A DNA stretch of 61,809 nt from a virus. Taxonomy: Duplodnaviria > Caudoviricetes. How positions within the stretch are numbered: position 1 is the first letter of the stretch; each line of letters begins with the position of its first letter. A model generated the notes under the pieces. It was not told where the DNA came from. It saw nothing but the letters and a program-made list of their open reading frames with translations, and did not search any database. Position numbers and translations under genes: made by a program. The stretch covers positions 1 to 61,809 of IMG/VR virus record IMGVR_UViG_3300012232_000012. One strand, written 5' to 3'. Of this stretch, positions 48,761-57,993 are shown piece by piece.

Positions 48761-50404
48761 ATCTGCTCCTTCTTTGAGTTGTTTGCAAGCCCAGGTTCGA
48801 CCAGTCTTGGTCTCTTTTCTGAACTTGATTTTAGGATAAAGCACACTTGCAGCCTCTATAAAGGCTTCGTCCTCTACCCTACCAGTGGCTTTCATGTCCT
48901 CGGGCTTGGGGTCATTTAGGATTTCGTCATGCACGCTGAGCATGAACTCATAGGGAACCTCTTCCCTACGTTCCCATATCTTCCGCTGCCATACCTTGGT
49001 GAAGTCAGCCGCACCCCCCTGAATGGGGGAGTTGATGGCATTGTTCTCTGCGTGGCGGGAATGTGGGTTGATGAACATGCGCCGGTGTGATGCGGTAGTG
49101 ACGAACCCGTTCTTGTAGGCTTCCTGCCGTTTCTGAGAAATCCATGAGAACACACCCTTGTAGCGAGTGAAGTATTTCATAACCAGCGCATTGCCAGCCG
49201 ACTCGCTGATGCCCAGTCTCTTGGACACACCCTTCGGACTCATGCCATAGGACATGCCAAGGTTGAGCGTCTTGCCAACAGTGTTCCTATCTCCACCTAC
49301 TTCATCAGCAACGGCCTGATGTAGGTCTTCCTCTGCTTCGATAGAGGCCAATAGCACCGGGTCTTGGCTCTCCCATCCAAGGATGGTAGGTTCCTGTTGA
49401 GTGATGTCCGATACCCTCATCTTACCATGCTTTGAGATAAACAGGGTACGATAGTGGGGCAGCTTTCTCTGCGGTACGTTCTGCATACTTGGGTTGGAGT
49501 AGCTCTGCCGCCCAGTCTTTGCACCTGTGATATGACAGGCTGCGTAAACAAGGTCATCCTCTTCTAGGTTGTCGTTCAGCCACTTCAATCCATATGAACT
49601 AACCGCATGACGATACCGCCTAGCCAGAATGACATCCGAGATGAACTCGTTCTCGGAGAACTCCTCCAGCGTAGTACCTTGGGTGTTCTTGAGGTTGATG
49701 TGGTGCTTCCTGGCCTCCAACATAACCTGTTGGTGGGAGTAGGAGTTGATGCCAAGTCTGGCCTCGGTCTCTTTTGCCAGCATAGCCAACTCGCCCACAT
49801 ATCTTGTCCACTCCGGCCTGTCTATCTTGATAGGCTTCATGTCCAGCACAGGGAATATCATAGGCTCGTCAACGTTGATGTATGCATTGAAGTAGATGGA
49901 GTTGCGATACTCCTGCTGCTTCACAGCAATCTGCAAAGCATAGTCAACATCTGCCGCCGCATACTCAACCATCTCTGGCGTCATAACGGTAGCTGTCTCG
50001 AAGTCGTTGCGTATCTCCTTGTCCATGAAGATACCTAACTGTCTGCGGGCCAGCGAACGTAGTGAGTAGCTGTCGTAGTACCCGCCCCACATGGACTGGT
50101 CTACCAGCATGGTATCCCATATGAAGCGCGGCTGAATGGTAGCGAACCGTCTCAGTTGGGTGAGGTCGTACAGGGAGTTGTGGAAAATCCATGTACCCTT
50201 CTTGACTAGGCTCAATACCTTCTTGATGTCGTGCTGGTCATAGATTTGGTATGTATCCTCGCTATGCTCCAGTCTGATGGATAGACAGGCGAATGTGCCT
50301 TCTGGCCTATGTAGCCTGCTCTTCTTCTGGCCGAACGTCTCAACGTCCATGCACACAAGCTGGCCGGACTTGGCCTCTGGTGGTAGTCCTGCTACGATGC
50401 TCAC
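48740..50404 (-). CDS. polA: family A DNA polymerase with 3'-5' exonuclease
   Basis: DVET, FHNSLYD, YAAAD, TGRQS..NP.MQN, SDITQQE, GKTLNLGMSYG, NSPIQGGAAD, VHDE. Confidence 0.95.
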   Translation of the reverse strand: MSIVAGLPPEAKSGQLVCMDVETFGQKKSRLHRPEGTFACLSIRLEHSEDTYQIYDQHDIKKVLSLVKKGTWIFHNSLYDLTQLRRFATIQPRFIWDTMLVDQSMWGGYYDSYSLRSLARRQLGIFMDKEIRNDFETATVMTPEMVEYAAADVDYALQIAVKQQEYRNSIYFNAYINVDEPMIFPVLDMKPIKIDRPEWTRYVGELAMLAKETEARLGINSYSHQQVMLEARKHHINLKNTQGTTLEEFSENEFISDVILARRYRHAVSSYGLKWLNDNLEEDDLVYAACHITGAKTGRQSYSNPSMQNVPQRKLPHYRTLFISKHGKMRVSDITQQEPTILGWESQDPVLLASIEAEEDLHQAVADEVGGDRNTVGKTLNLGMSYGMSPKGVSKRLGISESAGNALVMKYFTRYKGVFSWISQKRQEAYKNGFVTTASHRRMFINPHSRHAENNAINSPIQGGAADFTKVWQRKIWERREEVPYEFMLSVHDEILNDPKPEDMKATGRVEDEAFIEAASVLYPKIKFRKETKTGRTWACKQLKEGADDDEGED

Positions 50405-50628
50405 TCATCCTCCATCTCTGTAAGTTTCTGACGAAGATACATAACCAAATCCAGCGCTTCTTGATAGGCATCCAACAAAGCGTTCCTTCCGTTATTGGTC
50501 TGTAAGTAAGTCCCGTACTTAAGTTTACCCCTCTCCGCTTTGTCGTAAAGGTCTTTTATGACCAACGGTAGAACATCTTGTAACCCAGGTGTTGGGGGTT
50601 GTAATGGGTCGGTAATATTGCTCATCAT
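50401..50628 (-). CDS. small all-alpha protein, possible MazG-like NTP pyrophosphatase
   Basis: GKLKYGT.L...NGR.AL.DAYQEALDLVMYL, a common phage motif. Confidence 0.55.
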   Translation of the reverse strand: MMSNITDPLQPPTPGLQDVLPLVIKDLYDKAERGKLKYGTYLQTNNGRNALLDAYQEALDLVMYLRQKLTEMEDE

Positions 50629-51788
50629 CCACCCCCTAAGTTGAACCATCCACGAGATACCTTACCCCATCCAGCCTCGCCGTCCCAATCCACCTGTACT
50701 GCCCCCGGCCCACCGTGTAGGTAGCCATACCTCGACTTGCCTTCAATGATGTAGCCAGTGCCGCCCACGATAGGCAGGAGTTGCTGGTCTTTCCACTCTA
50801 CGAAGATGTTGTGTGGGTTGTAGATGAGCAGGATAAGGCCAGCCATAGCTTCGGCTAAGCCGCTGTATCTCAAGTGGTTGATGCGGGGAACCCCGCCCGT
50901 ATATGTCTCTCTGTTCAGTTGCGACAACAGGATGACCGGGATGCGTAGTTTCTTGGCAAGAGCGGATAGTGTTCTGTAGATGAGACCCATTGCCGCCTCG
51001 GTCTGCTCCCCCGCTACAATCTGGTCAGCGAAGTCAATGCAGATGGCGGACAATGGCATCTGGGCGGCGAGCCTAGCACCTACGGCGTAAATCTCTTGTA
51101 CTCCAAGGATGTCTTCTGACAGTAGGATGCGCTTCATCTCGCTCTTCTTGACGGTCTTGTCAATCTCTATCATGCGCTTGGTGATTTGGGCCATCAGCAT
51201 TTCGAGCGTGAAGATGGCTACGCTCTTGTCTGTGTACGTTCTAGCCAAACTCTTGGCTACCTCCAGCATCAGGCTGGTCTTGCCTACCCCTGGGCTGGCC
51301 CCAATGACAGTCAGGCTGGCATCCGGCACTCCGCCGAAGTGCTCGTCGAAGGGCTTGTATCCCGTCATAACCCATGCTGCTTGGCTTGGGTCGATGTCAC
51401 TCATGGGTACAAGTTCTTTGTACCCCATCTCCAGTTGAGCAGAGATGGTCATGATAGCCCCCACATCTGCCTCTTCGCCTCGCTCTAGCTTGTCAGCTTC
51501 CTTACGTAGCTTTTTTCCTCCGATGGCTCTTGATGCTGTCTGTTCCAGAACCTTTAGCCACTGAAAGCTGTCTCCGTTGTCTGCTACCTGGGCGGCTGAC
51601 ATCGCCGCCTCTATCGCTGAGTACGGTACTCCCGCTACTATCATGTCCGATGCGTTCTTCCCCGCTCTCAGCAGGATTAGTGCTGTGTCGTATGGCGGAT
51701 ACAGGCTCGTTGGGTTCACCGAGTCCGGGTGTATTTCCCCGGACATACCTTTCCCAAACACTATCTCCGATGCGCTCTTCCAATCCAT
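50625..51788 (-). CDS. dnaB: DnaB-like replicative helicase
   Basis: GASPGVGKTS, FTLEM, LSQLNR, LRYSG..E, KSRYG. Confidence 0.92.
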   Translation of the reverse strand: MDWKSASEIVFGKGMSGEIHPDSVNPTSLYPPYDTALILLRAGKNASDMIVAGVPYSAIEAAMSAAQVADNGDSFQWLKVLEQTASRAIGGKKLRKEADKLERGEEADVGAIMTISAQLEMGYKELVPMSDIDPSQAAWVMTGYKPFDEHFGGVPDASLTVIGASPGVGKTSLMLEVAKSLARTYTDKSVAIFTLEMLMAQITKRMIEIDKTVKKSEMKRILLSEDILGVQEIYAVGARLAAQMPLSAICIDFADQIVAGEQTEAAMGLIYRTLSALAKKLRIPVILLSQLNRETYTGGVPRINHLRYSGLAEAMAGLILLIYNPHNIFVEWKDQQLLPIVGGTGYIIEGKSRYGYLHGGPGAVQVDWDGEAGWGKVSRGWFNLGGG

Positions 51789-51970
51789 GCTTGCTCCTCT
51801 CTACTGGTACGGCCAAAAAGGATGCCGTTGGGGTCTCTAGTAAATACACTATCTCCGGTACATAGCCCAAGGATGCAGCCAAGTCTTCCAGTGGTACGTC
51901 CTTGGTGAAGCCGTAGAAGTTGGGTGGTAGGTTCCTTATGTTGGTGATGGTAATGAGTTTCATCTCTAAC

Positions 51971-52873
51971 TCATGTCGCTTGTACTTCTAATCTACGCAT
52001 GACAGACTTCGACAGCACTCCGCCATCCGGGGCCTTCACACCACTTACTGTGTTGGTCAGGAAGATGCCAAGCTCCTGGCCCTTGCCCCTGCTAAGGAAG
52101 TCGTTCGGGTCTTTCATGCCGTCCCTGTATGGAAGTCTCACCATCTTGCCACGCCACCCTAGCTTGCTGATAATCTTCTGCGCCAGGGGTTCTTCGTCCT
52201 GGTCTGGGATGACAAGAATGGGCTTACGAATATCCTCCAACCACTCAGTACGTAGGTTCTGTGTGCCGCCCGCTGTCACCGCTGCAAAGCCTAGCTCACT
52301 TAATGTGAGGGCATCCAGCATCCCGAACACGAGGAATACATATGGGGATGTATTGACCTTGTGCCAATCGGGAACGTATAGGGATGCCTTGCCGGTGAAC
52401 CAGTAGCGTAGGCCGCTGGACTTCTCGATGTGTGGTGCGGCTCGCAGGACTAGGTTCTGAAACTGTCCATCGTTGTCGAACATGGGTATGGTGTACCACC
52501 CTTTCCAGTACCCTAGCTGGCAGGTCTCTATACGACCCTCCAGCCCCCGCAGTTTTAGATACCAGTTGTACGAAGGGAAGTTCATCAAGTCCTCATTGGC
52601 TACGAATGCCAACTCCTCCGGGTCATACTTCTTGATGTTCGGCCCTTGCCATCTAGTATCCAACTCCGGGCGGATGATTACGTCCACCCCGTTCATCTTA
52701 CGGTGAAGCGTATCCCATGTACCCTTGCGTCCGCATCCCAGGCATGTGAACCAACCGTCTCCATATATCAGGATAGAGGGCTTACGGTCATCATGGAAGG
52801 GGCACAGCGCCACGATGTAATCGTTGACTCTGTAAGCCATAGGTAGGCTCATGAAGTCAGAGTGGGTAATCAT
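51971..52873 (-). CDS. DNA primase (CHC2 Zn finger + TOPRIM)
   Basis: CPFHDDRKPS...CLGC; GMLDAL; PDQD; KDPND. Confidence 0.88.
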   Translation of the reverse strand: MITHSDFMSLPMAYRVNDYIVALCPFHDDRKPSILIYGDGWFTCLGCGRKGTWDTLHRKMNGVDVIIRPELDTRWQGPNIKKYDPEELAFVANEDLMNFPSYNWYLKLRGLEGRIETCQLGYWKGWYTIPMFDNDGQFQNLVLRAAPHIEKSSGLRYWFTGKASLYVPDWHKVNTSPYVFLVFGMLDALTLSELGFAAVTAGGTQNLRTEWLEDIRKPILVIPDQDEEPLAQKIISKLGWRGKMVRLPYRDGMKDPNDFLSRGKGQELGIFLTNTVSGVKAPDGGVLSKSVMRRLEVQAT

Positions 52874-53190
52874 TTTACCGGCTCCAACGTACCCCCGTCA
52901 TCCGTGTCCAGCCTGCTCTGCTCGTCCAAGCTAGGCCCACCATCCTCCGCGTCTGTAAACGTAGCGTCAATAACGTCCGCTTCTTCCAGTGTGCTGTTGA
53001 TGGCGTCTTCGAGAGCGGCGTCTGAGTAGAAGAAGTGAAAGCCAATCTCCACCTTCAATAGCTCGCCGGTTTCATCCTTCGGCACAAATCCTTGGTCAAA
53101 AGTGATATTGAACACCCCATTCATGATGGATGAGTGTACCTCGTGGATGAGTGTGCCGTCATCCTTGGCGATAATCAGTTTCATTAACAT
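52870..53190 (-). CDS. acidic hypothetical protein
   Basis: SD AAGGAG; acidic tail. Confidence 0.65.
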   Translation of the reverse strand: MLMKLIIAKDDGTLIHEVHSSIMNGVFNITFDQGFVPKDETGELLKVEIGFHFFYSDAALEDAINSTLEEADVIDATFTDAEDGGPSLDEQSRLDTDDGGTLEPVK

Positions 53191-53350
53191 TTGAATTCTC
53201 CTTGGTTGCCCTGCGTCGCCGCTCCAACTTGCCTTTGACCTTGTGTGTCGGCTACCTTAGGTCTTGTCATCTTGGCGCAGGGCTGGTGAAAAATGGGTGG
53301 GGGGGGGGGGAAGATACGCCTTTGCGGTACTAACACCCACCCAGTAATCC

Positions 53351-54040
53351 CTACTTGTGCTTGGCTACCCATGCAGGGAGCAGAGTCTCTTTGACCGACG
53401 ATGTGCTGGCGATGAAGCCCTTGTCGTTGAGCGTCATCTGGAATACCCTGCGGTTTACCAGAAGCCACCTGTCCAGCCAAGGCAGCACGTTGGGGCTGTA
53501 AGGGATGTCCTCGTCGGTAGTGGGGTCGTAGCCCAGGACTTTCAAGCCGTCGTTGAGGCGGGCAAGCTGCCCCTTCCGGCCTACAATGATGGCGTTGGGA
53601 AGCCCCGGAGCCTGCTCGAACAGGTATGGAAGACTCATCGTGATGATGATGCCATCAGTGTGGGCATCTTCATCGAGGATTTCCACCTGCGTCTTGAACC
53701 GCATCTCGTCCTGTGCATAGAACGAGCCACCGTCCTTGTTCTTGCGTGGCCCACCCCGCTCGATGTACGGCTCGGGGTTCTCGCCACCTTGGGGCCTAGG
53801 CATACCCTTGTATCGTCCGAGATACATGCCCGCCTGGGCGTTGATGAACATAACCTTGTCACGTTCCTTGCTGAGCGTGACGTTGTACTGTCCCGCTGGT
53901 CGTTCCTTGGGCCAGCCCTCAAGCGGCAGTTCGTACAGGTCGCCATCAGCGAAGATGACTTTTACTAGGTTCTTGAGAACCCGTATCTCTGCGGGGCCGG
54001 ACGGCCCATAGCTTCTGACTTGTTGTGATGGGAGTGGCAT
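53351..54040 (-). CDS. probable ssDNA-binding / replication protein
   Basis: Position in replication module, biased codons, beta-rich; function inferred only. Confidence 0.4.
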   Translation of the reverse strand: MPLPSQQVRSYGPSGPAEIRVLKNLVKVIFADGDLYELPLEGWPKERPAGQYNVTLSKERDKVMFINAQAGMYLGRYKGMPRPQGGENPEPYIERGGPRKNKDGGSFYAQDEMRFKTQVEILDEDAHTDGIIITMSLPYLFEQAPGLPNAIIVGRKGQLARLNDGLKVLGYDPTTDEDIPYSPNVLPWLDRWLLVNRRVFQMTLNDKGFIASTSSVKETLLPAWVAKHK

Positions 54041-54044
54041 GTTA

Positions 54045-54374
54045 TTACCCTAAGCCTTTCTGTAGTTCTTTGATATGTTGGTTGTGAACGGTGTCGATTG
54101 AGTCGGCTAGCGTCTTGGCGAGAACTGTCAATCCGTCTAGTGTCAGGACAATGTAGTCTGTGCTGCCCTCCAACTCCTGCCCCTCCGCATCCTTCTTGTA
54201 GATGACAGTGACTTCCTTAGCGGGGACGGGTATGCTGACGAGCATCCTTTGTGGGATTAGCTCTAACCCATATTGCTTGTACGGAGTCCTGTCCGACTTT
54301 ATGGAGGAGACCACGAGTTGTACGAAGGCAACCTCATCTCTTGGTGGTGTTGGTTTGACTATCGTCTTAGGCAT
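54045..54374 (-). CDS. hypothetical protein
   Basis: Probable ATG 54374. Confidence 0.6.
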   Translation of the reverse strand: MPKTIVKPTPPRDEVAFVQLVVSSIKSDRTPYKQYGLELIPQRMLVSIPVPAKEVTVIYKKDAEGQELEGSTDYIVLTLDGLTVLAKTLADSIDTVHNQHIKELQKGLG

Positions 54375-54708
54375 TCTTCTTGTCCTTGGGGTATTGTGAG
54401 AAGTATTCTTCCCAGTATGGTTGTCTCTTGTGCTTAGGCAGATGTGCGGTTGCATCCTGCACCGCATGTTTACGCCCCATTCTGCGGTTGAACTGGTCTA
54501 GCACCGAGCATAGGGCGAACCCTACTGTCACTACCTGCCCGCCCTCAATCAGGACGGCGGCGGATACCCGGCGCTTGGTGTCATGTTTGAAGCGAACCTG
54601 ACGAACTTTATCTACTTCTTGCATCTTGGCTCCTATTGTGGGGGTGTGGTGGGGAGGAGGTCGGAGCGTCACCGTCGTTTGGGGGCGACCCTTAGGCTTG
54701 TCCGTCAT
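54367..54708 (-). CDS. small protein with GxAxC...DxF...GR..A motif (gp49-like fold)
   Basis: VGFALCSVLDQFNRRMGRKHA; two possible SD-led starts (54708, 54624). Confidence 0.55.
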   Translation of the reverse strand: MTDKPKGRPQTTVTLRPPPHHTPTIGAKMQEVDKVRQVRFKHDTKRRVSAAVLIEGGQVVTVGFALCSVLDQFNRRMGRKHAVQDATAHLPKHKRQPYWEEYFSQYPKDKKNA

Positions 54709-54779
54709 CCGGCCTCCTCACCATTGGAGGGTAGAAATGTCGCTGGACATCTCGTTCTCTGCTACTATACCACCAATCT

Positions 54780-55022
54780 CTATTCTTGAAGATTAAGATT
54801 GGATAAGTATTTGATGGGGACAATATCATGAACTCCATTAGAGTTCCATGAGAAATCTTCTTCTTGTGGGTTGGTATTCTGGTACAGTAGGGCCGTGTCT
54901 GTAGACTCCATGTACTTTATGCTGTTTACCACCAGCAACCCCGCCCCATCTACCCACACCGCAACGGGCGTCTCTTCCGGCACTCGTGCAAGCAAAGCAA
55001 TCAGTTCTCCTGCGGTAGTCAT
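54780..55022 (-). CDS. hypothetical protein
   Basis: MTTAGELIALL...P...V motif common in phages. Confidence 0.6.
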   Translation of the reverse strand: MTTAGELIALLARVPEETPVAVWVDGAGLLVVNSIKYMESTDTALLYQNTNPQEEDFSWNSNGVHDIVPIKYLSNLNLQE

Positions 55023-56566
55023 TCTAACTCCTTTAGTAGGGTGGTGACTATATCGTCTTGTCCGATGACATCACCGAACACCTTGCGCTTTTCGTTAACA
55101 ATCAGGGCAAACTTCTCGTCGATGGTTCCCCTTGCCATTAGATACCAGCAGTTGACGGCGCTCTTCTGACCCATGCGATGCAGCCTGTCCTCAACCTGCT
55201 CCTCCTTGGCGGGCGTCCACTCCCGTTCGACGAAGATAACATGGCTGGCAGCAAACAGGTTGATGCCCTCAGACCCGGCGGAACTCATGATGACAACCTG
55301 CCCGTCCCCATTCTGTAGCCAATCCACCACGGCCTGTCTATCCTTGGGCTTGGTGGAACCTTGGATGATGCCAACCTTGTACTCGCTCAATCCATCCCTG
55401 AGCATATCAACAACGTCAAGGTGGTGGGCGTACAGAACCACCTTCTCGCCCTGTTCAAGCAACTCCTTAGCCAACTCAACAGCGGCATCCACTTTGGCCT
55501 CCCCCACAATGCGACGCATGGCTGTCATCTGTGTCAAGACGTTGGCTGTGTTGGCTCCGGCGTTGGCTCTGCGCCATGTCATGAACTCATTCTCAGCATT
55601 GTGATATGCACCCAATCCAATCACCACCGGCACTATGGTTCGTGTCTTGTCAGGTAATTCCTTAAGGACTTCCTTCTTGGTGCGACGTATCATGATACCA
55701 GACAAACGCTCTGCCAACTCCTCAGTATTAATCACCACCCCCCTTGGGAACACAGTGTATCCCCCATCCTGGTCATAGTACGCACCGAGGTATCTCTGTG
55801 CGAACTTGAAATAGTTGGGGAACATGGTTGAGTCAAGCATGTTGAGCAGGGAGAACAATTCATCCGGCCTGTTCAGGAATGGTGTGCCTGATAGGAACAA
55901 CACTTTCTTGATAGGCCCACCCTTGATGAGCTTTCTAGCAGCCCTAGTCTGCCCCGCCTTATGGTTCTTGAGTGCATGGGCTTCGTCGAAGATGACACAA
56001 TCGTATCCCTGCTTCATGAGTTCTTCGTGGCGGGTACGCATAATCCCATAGGACAGGATGTGTATGTCCGCTTCCACCAGCTTGGCCTTTCCCGACACAA
56101 TCACAGCGGCAGACCTGTTCGTCCATGTGCCTACCTCTTCCAACCACTTGTAAATAACATTGGCAGGTGCTACCACCAAGGTCTTGTTGGCATGGTGACG
56201 AACAAACATCAATGCCTGAGGTGTCTTGCCCAGACCCATGCTGTCCGCTAAGATGGCCCGCCCATGCTTGGCAAGGAACTTCACCCCATCCTTCTGAAAT
56301 GGATATAGCCGCTCGTCATACTTGATGCGGGGGACAACATGCTCCTCCTTCTCAAGAGCTATAACCTCATCCGATGCCACGAACCCAAGGGGCTTAAGCG
56401 CAGCTATGGCCTTGGCTGTGTGCCATGCCGTAGCTGGTACACGCCATACCTTCTGCTCCTTAACGAAGTCACGGTCAGGCAGGTTGCGGACAACATCCAC
56501 TATGCCCCAGTCAAACGGGAAGTGTATTTCAACGTGATTGCCGTTCCTGATTAGATGCTTGGTCAT
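55019..56566 (-). CDS. SNF2-family helicase with N-terminal HARP-like domain
   Basis: LYPFQ, LADSMGLGKT, FDEAH, LSGTP, EGINL, QVEDRLHRMGQ. Confidence 0.93.
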   Translation of the reverse strand: MTKHLIRNGNHVEIHFPFDWGIVDVVRNLPDRDFVKEQKVWRVPATAWHTAKAIAALKPLGFVASDEVIALEKEEHVVPRIKYDERLYPFQKDGVKFLAKHGRAILADSMGLGKTPQALMFVRHHANKTLVVAPANVIYKWLEEVGTWTNRSAAVIVSGKAKLVEADIHILSYGIMRTRHEELMKQGYDCVIFDEAHALKNHKAGQTRAARKLIKGGPIKKVLFLSGTPFLNRPDELFSLLNMLDSTMFPNYFKFAQRYLGAYYDQDGGYTVFPRGVVINTEELAERLSGIMIRRTKKEVLKELPDKTRTIVPVVIGLGAYHNAENEFMTWRRANAGANTANVLTQMTAMRRIVGEAKVDAAVELAKELLEQGEKVVLYAHHLDVVDMLRDGLSEYKVGIIQGSTKPKDRQAVVDWLQNGDGQVVIMSSAGSEGINLFAASHVIFVEREWTPAKEEQVEDRLHRMGQKSAVNCWYLMARGTIDEKFALIVNEKRKVFGDVIGQDDIVTTLLKELE

Positions 56567-56652
56567 GCCCCCATTGTACTACCATACCCCCATATATGGA
56601 TTAGAACTTGATTAGAGAATATTCGTTAATGGAAAATCACCCATGCATGGTC

Positions 56653-56681
56653 TTGACAGGATGCGGGAAAGGGTGTATAAA
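56653..56681 (+). promoter_or_regulatory. sigma70-type promoter
   Basis: TTGACA-17 nt-TATAAA. Confidence 0.7.
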
Positions 56682-56750
56682 ATAGCGGCTCACAAGGACA
56701 AGACCGGGGGAACGGTAGTATTAATACTATTAATTAATAGCCCCCTCTAT

Positions 56751-56828
56751 GAACATATGTTCTAGGATATACCCACCCTACCCACCCCCCTTAGTACCTA
56801 TCATTTCTAAGAACAGATGTTCTAGGAT
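56751..56828. promoter_or_regulatory. two GAAC-N4-GTTC (LexA/SOS-box-like) sites inside an 18-bp direct repeat, 60 bp apart
   Basis: gaacatatgttctaggat (56751) and gaacagatgttctaggat (56811). Confidence 0.55.
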
Positions 56829-56848
56829 TTATGTGGTAGGATTCCCCC

Positions 56849-57136
56849 ATGAATACACATACCCCCAAATTCCGTATGGTAAGAGAAGCATATATGCAGC
56901 ATTTCAGTGGGCGCTGCATTATCCACCCCCCTCGGCGGGCTGTAGCCCTGCATGAGGAGCCGCCCCGCTCCCTGAACCCCCATTGGGGAGAGCAGCCGGA
57001 CACATGGTTCCCGCTCTGCGCATCCTGCCACGAGAATATACAGTTCATGCCTCGCCGAGCAGCCGCCAGAATTCTAATGGAATCTAAACAAAAGTTCCCC
57101 AAAAAACTCTTGACAAATAGCTGGGAAGTTGTATAA
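56849..57136 (+). CDS. small HNH-like protein
   Basis: CIIH...LHE.PPRS...PLCASCH. Confidence 0.55.
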   Translation: MNTHTPKFRMVREAYMQHFSGRCIIHPPRRAVALHEEPPRSLNPHWGEQPDTWFPLCASCHENIQFMPRRAAARILMESKQKFPKKLLTNSWEVV

Positions 57137-57137
57137 T
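57110..57137 (+). promoter_or_regulatory. consensus sigma70 promoter
   Basis: TTGACA-16 nt-TATAAT. Confidence 0.75.
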
Positions 57138-57143
57138 GGGCTT

Positions 57144-57210
57144 ACCAGTGTGGGTGCTGGTACATGGGTTTCTCCTTTCGGCGTCCGCCCCCGACACCTC
57201 CGGGGGTGGA
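57144..57210 (+). ncRNA. candidate anti-RBS small RNA
   Basis: 5' hairpin, single-stranded CAUGGGUUUCUCCUUUCG, then 10-bp GC hairpin whose G.U pair favours the + strand. Confidence 0.55.
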
Positions 57211-57245
57211 TTGCTGCATGGTAGTTGTGGTATGATGGTGATACT

Positions 57246-57500
57246 ATGATGCCAAACATCCCCCCTCCTGGTATGCCCCCGCCCCCTATGGGTGGTAGTC
57301 GTCCTCCTATGGCTGGCCCTCCTGTGTCAGCGGGTGGGCCGGGGGACATGCCCGCCCCCGACGAGATTCGTGGGACACTTGTACGGGTACTCTCTGAGGT
57401 CAAGAAAGTTGCAGAGCAAAATGGACTGGACTTCGCATCTCTTGTAGGCGAAGTTGCTAAGGCCAAGCCTGCGCCATCCTCGCCTATCGCCCGCGCATAG
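57246..57500 (+). CDS. Pro/Met-rich hypothetical protein
   Basis: ORF preceded by TGgTATGAT. Confidence 0.55.
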   Translation: MMPNIPPPGMPPPPMGGSRPPMAGPPVSAGGPGDMPAPDEIRGTLVRVLSEVKKVAEQNGLDFASLVGEVAKAKPAPSSPIARA

Positions 57501-57912
57501 ACATCTCCCACCTTCTTAGTAGTAACTCGTATTCATCCGTCGCGTAGTAACGCGGTAGGATGAGTACGGGCGTGTCATGCTCTATTAGAAACTGTTGCTT
57601 AATGGCAAATGCTCGTTGAGTATAAAGGGATGCTGAATGTGCTTTTCCCCACTTCGCCTCGAATAGTATCACCCCCATGCGGCGCTTGCTGCGAATCCAA
57701 ACGGTAAAGTCCAACCATTGCATACGCCCACCATTATGCAGCGGGTTAATGAATGCCACTATCTCGCAGTAGGGCATGTGTGTGCGCTTAAGCGCATTGC
57801 GTACCTTAGTGACCTCGGGGCGTGGAAACTCTTTGCGCTTGTTATTTTTACCCCAATGTACCATGTCCTGCCAGTGTATCGGAACTTGTAAGTGAATTCT
57901 CCAGTTTCTCAT
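57484..57912 (-). CDS. PD-(D/E)XK-like nuclease-fold protein, probably leaderless
   Basis: WLDF...FEAK; TATACT 6 nt before ATG 57912. Confidence 0.5.
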   Translation of the reverse strand: MRNWRIHLQVPIHWQDMVHWGKNNKRKEFPRPEVTKVRNALKRTHMPYCEIVAFINPLHNGGRMQWLDFTVWIRSKRRMGVILFEAKWGKAHSASLYTQRAFAIKQQFLIEHDTPVLILPRYYATDEYELLLRRWEMSMRGR

Positions 57913-57948
57913 ACCCCCAGTATAATACATAACCCCCGTTAAGGCAAC

Positions 57949-57987
57949 AAAAAATCCCCCGCGCCCGTTAAGGCTTGGGGGATTTTT
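57949..57987 (-). terminator. intrinsic (bidirectional) terminator ending the early operon
   Basis: aaaaatccccc ... gggggattttt. Confidence 0.8.
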
Positions 57988-57993
57988 CTACTG

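Noticed and set aside
51502-51963. 153-aa ORF overlapping dnaB by ~290 nt as a true overprinted gene
   Set aside because: The first ~58 codons are probably a real small gene; the extension looks like off-frame helicase sequence, and nothing supports a function.
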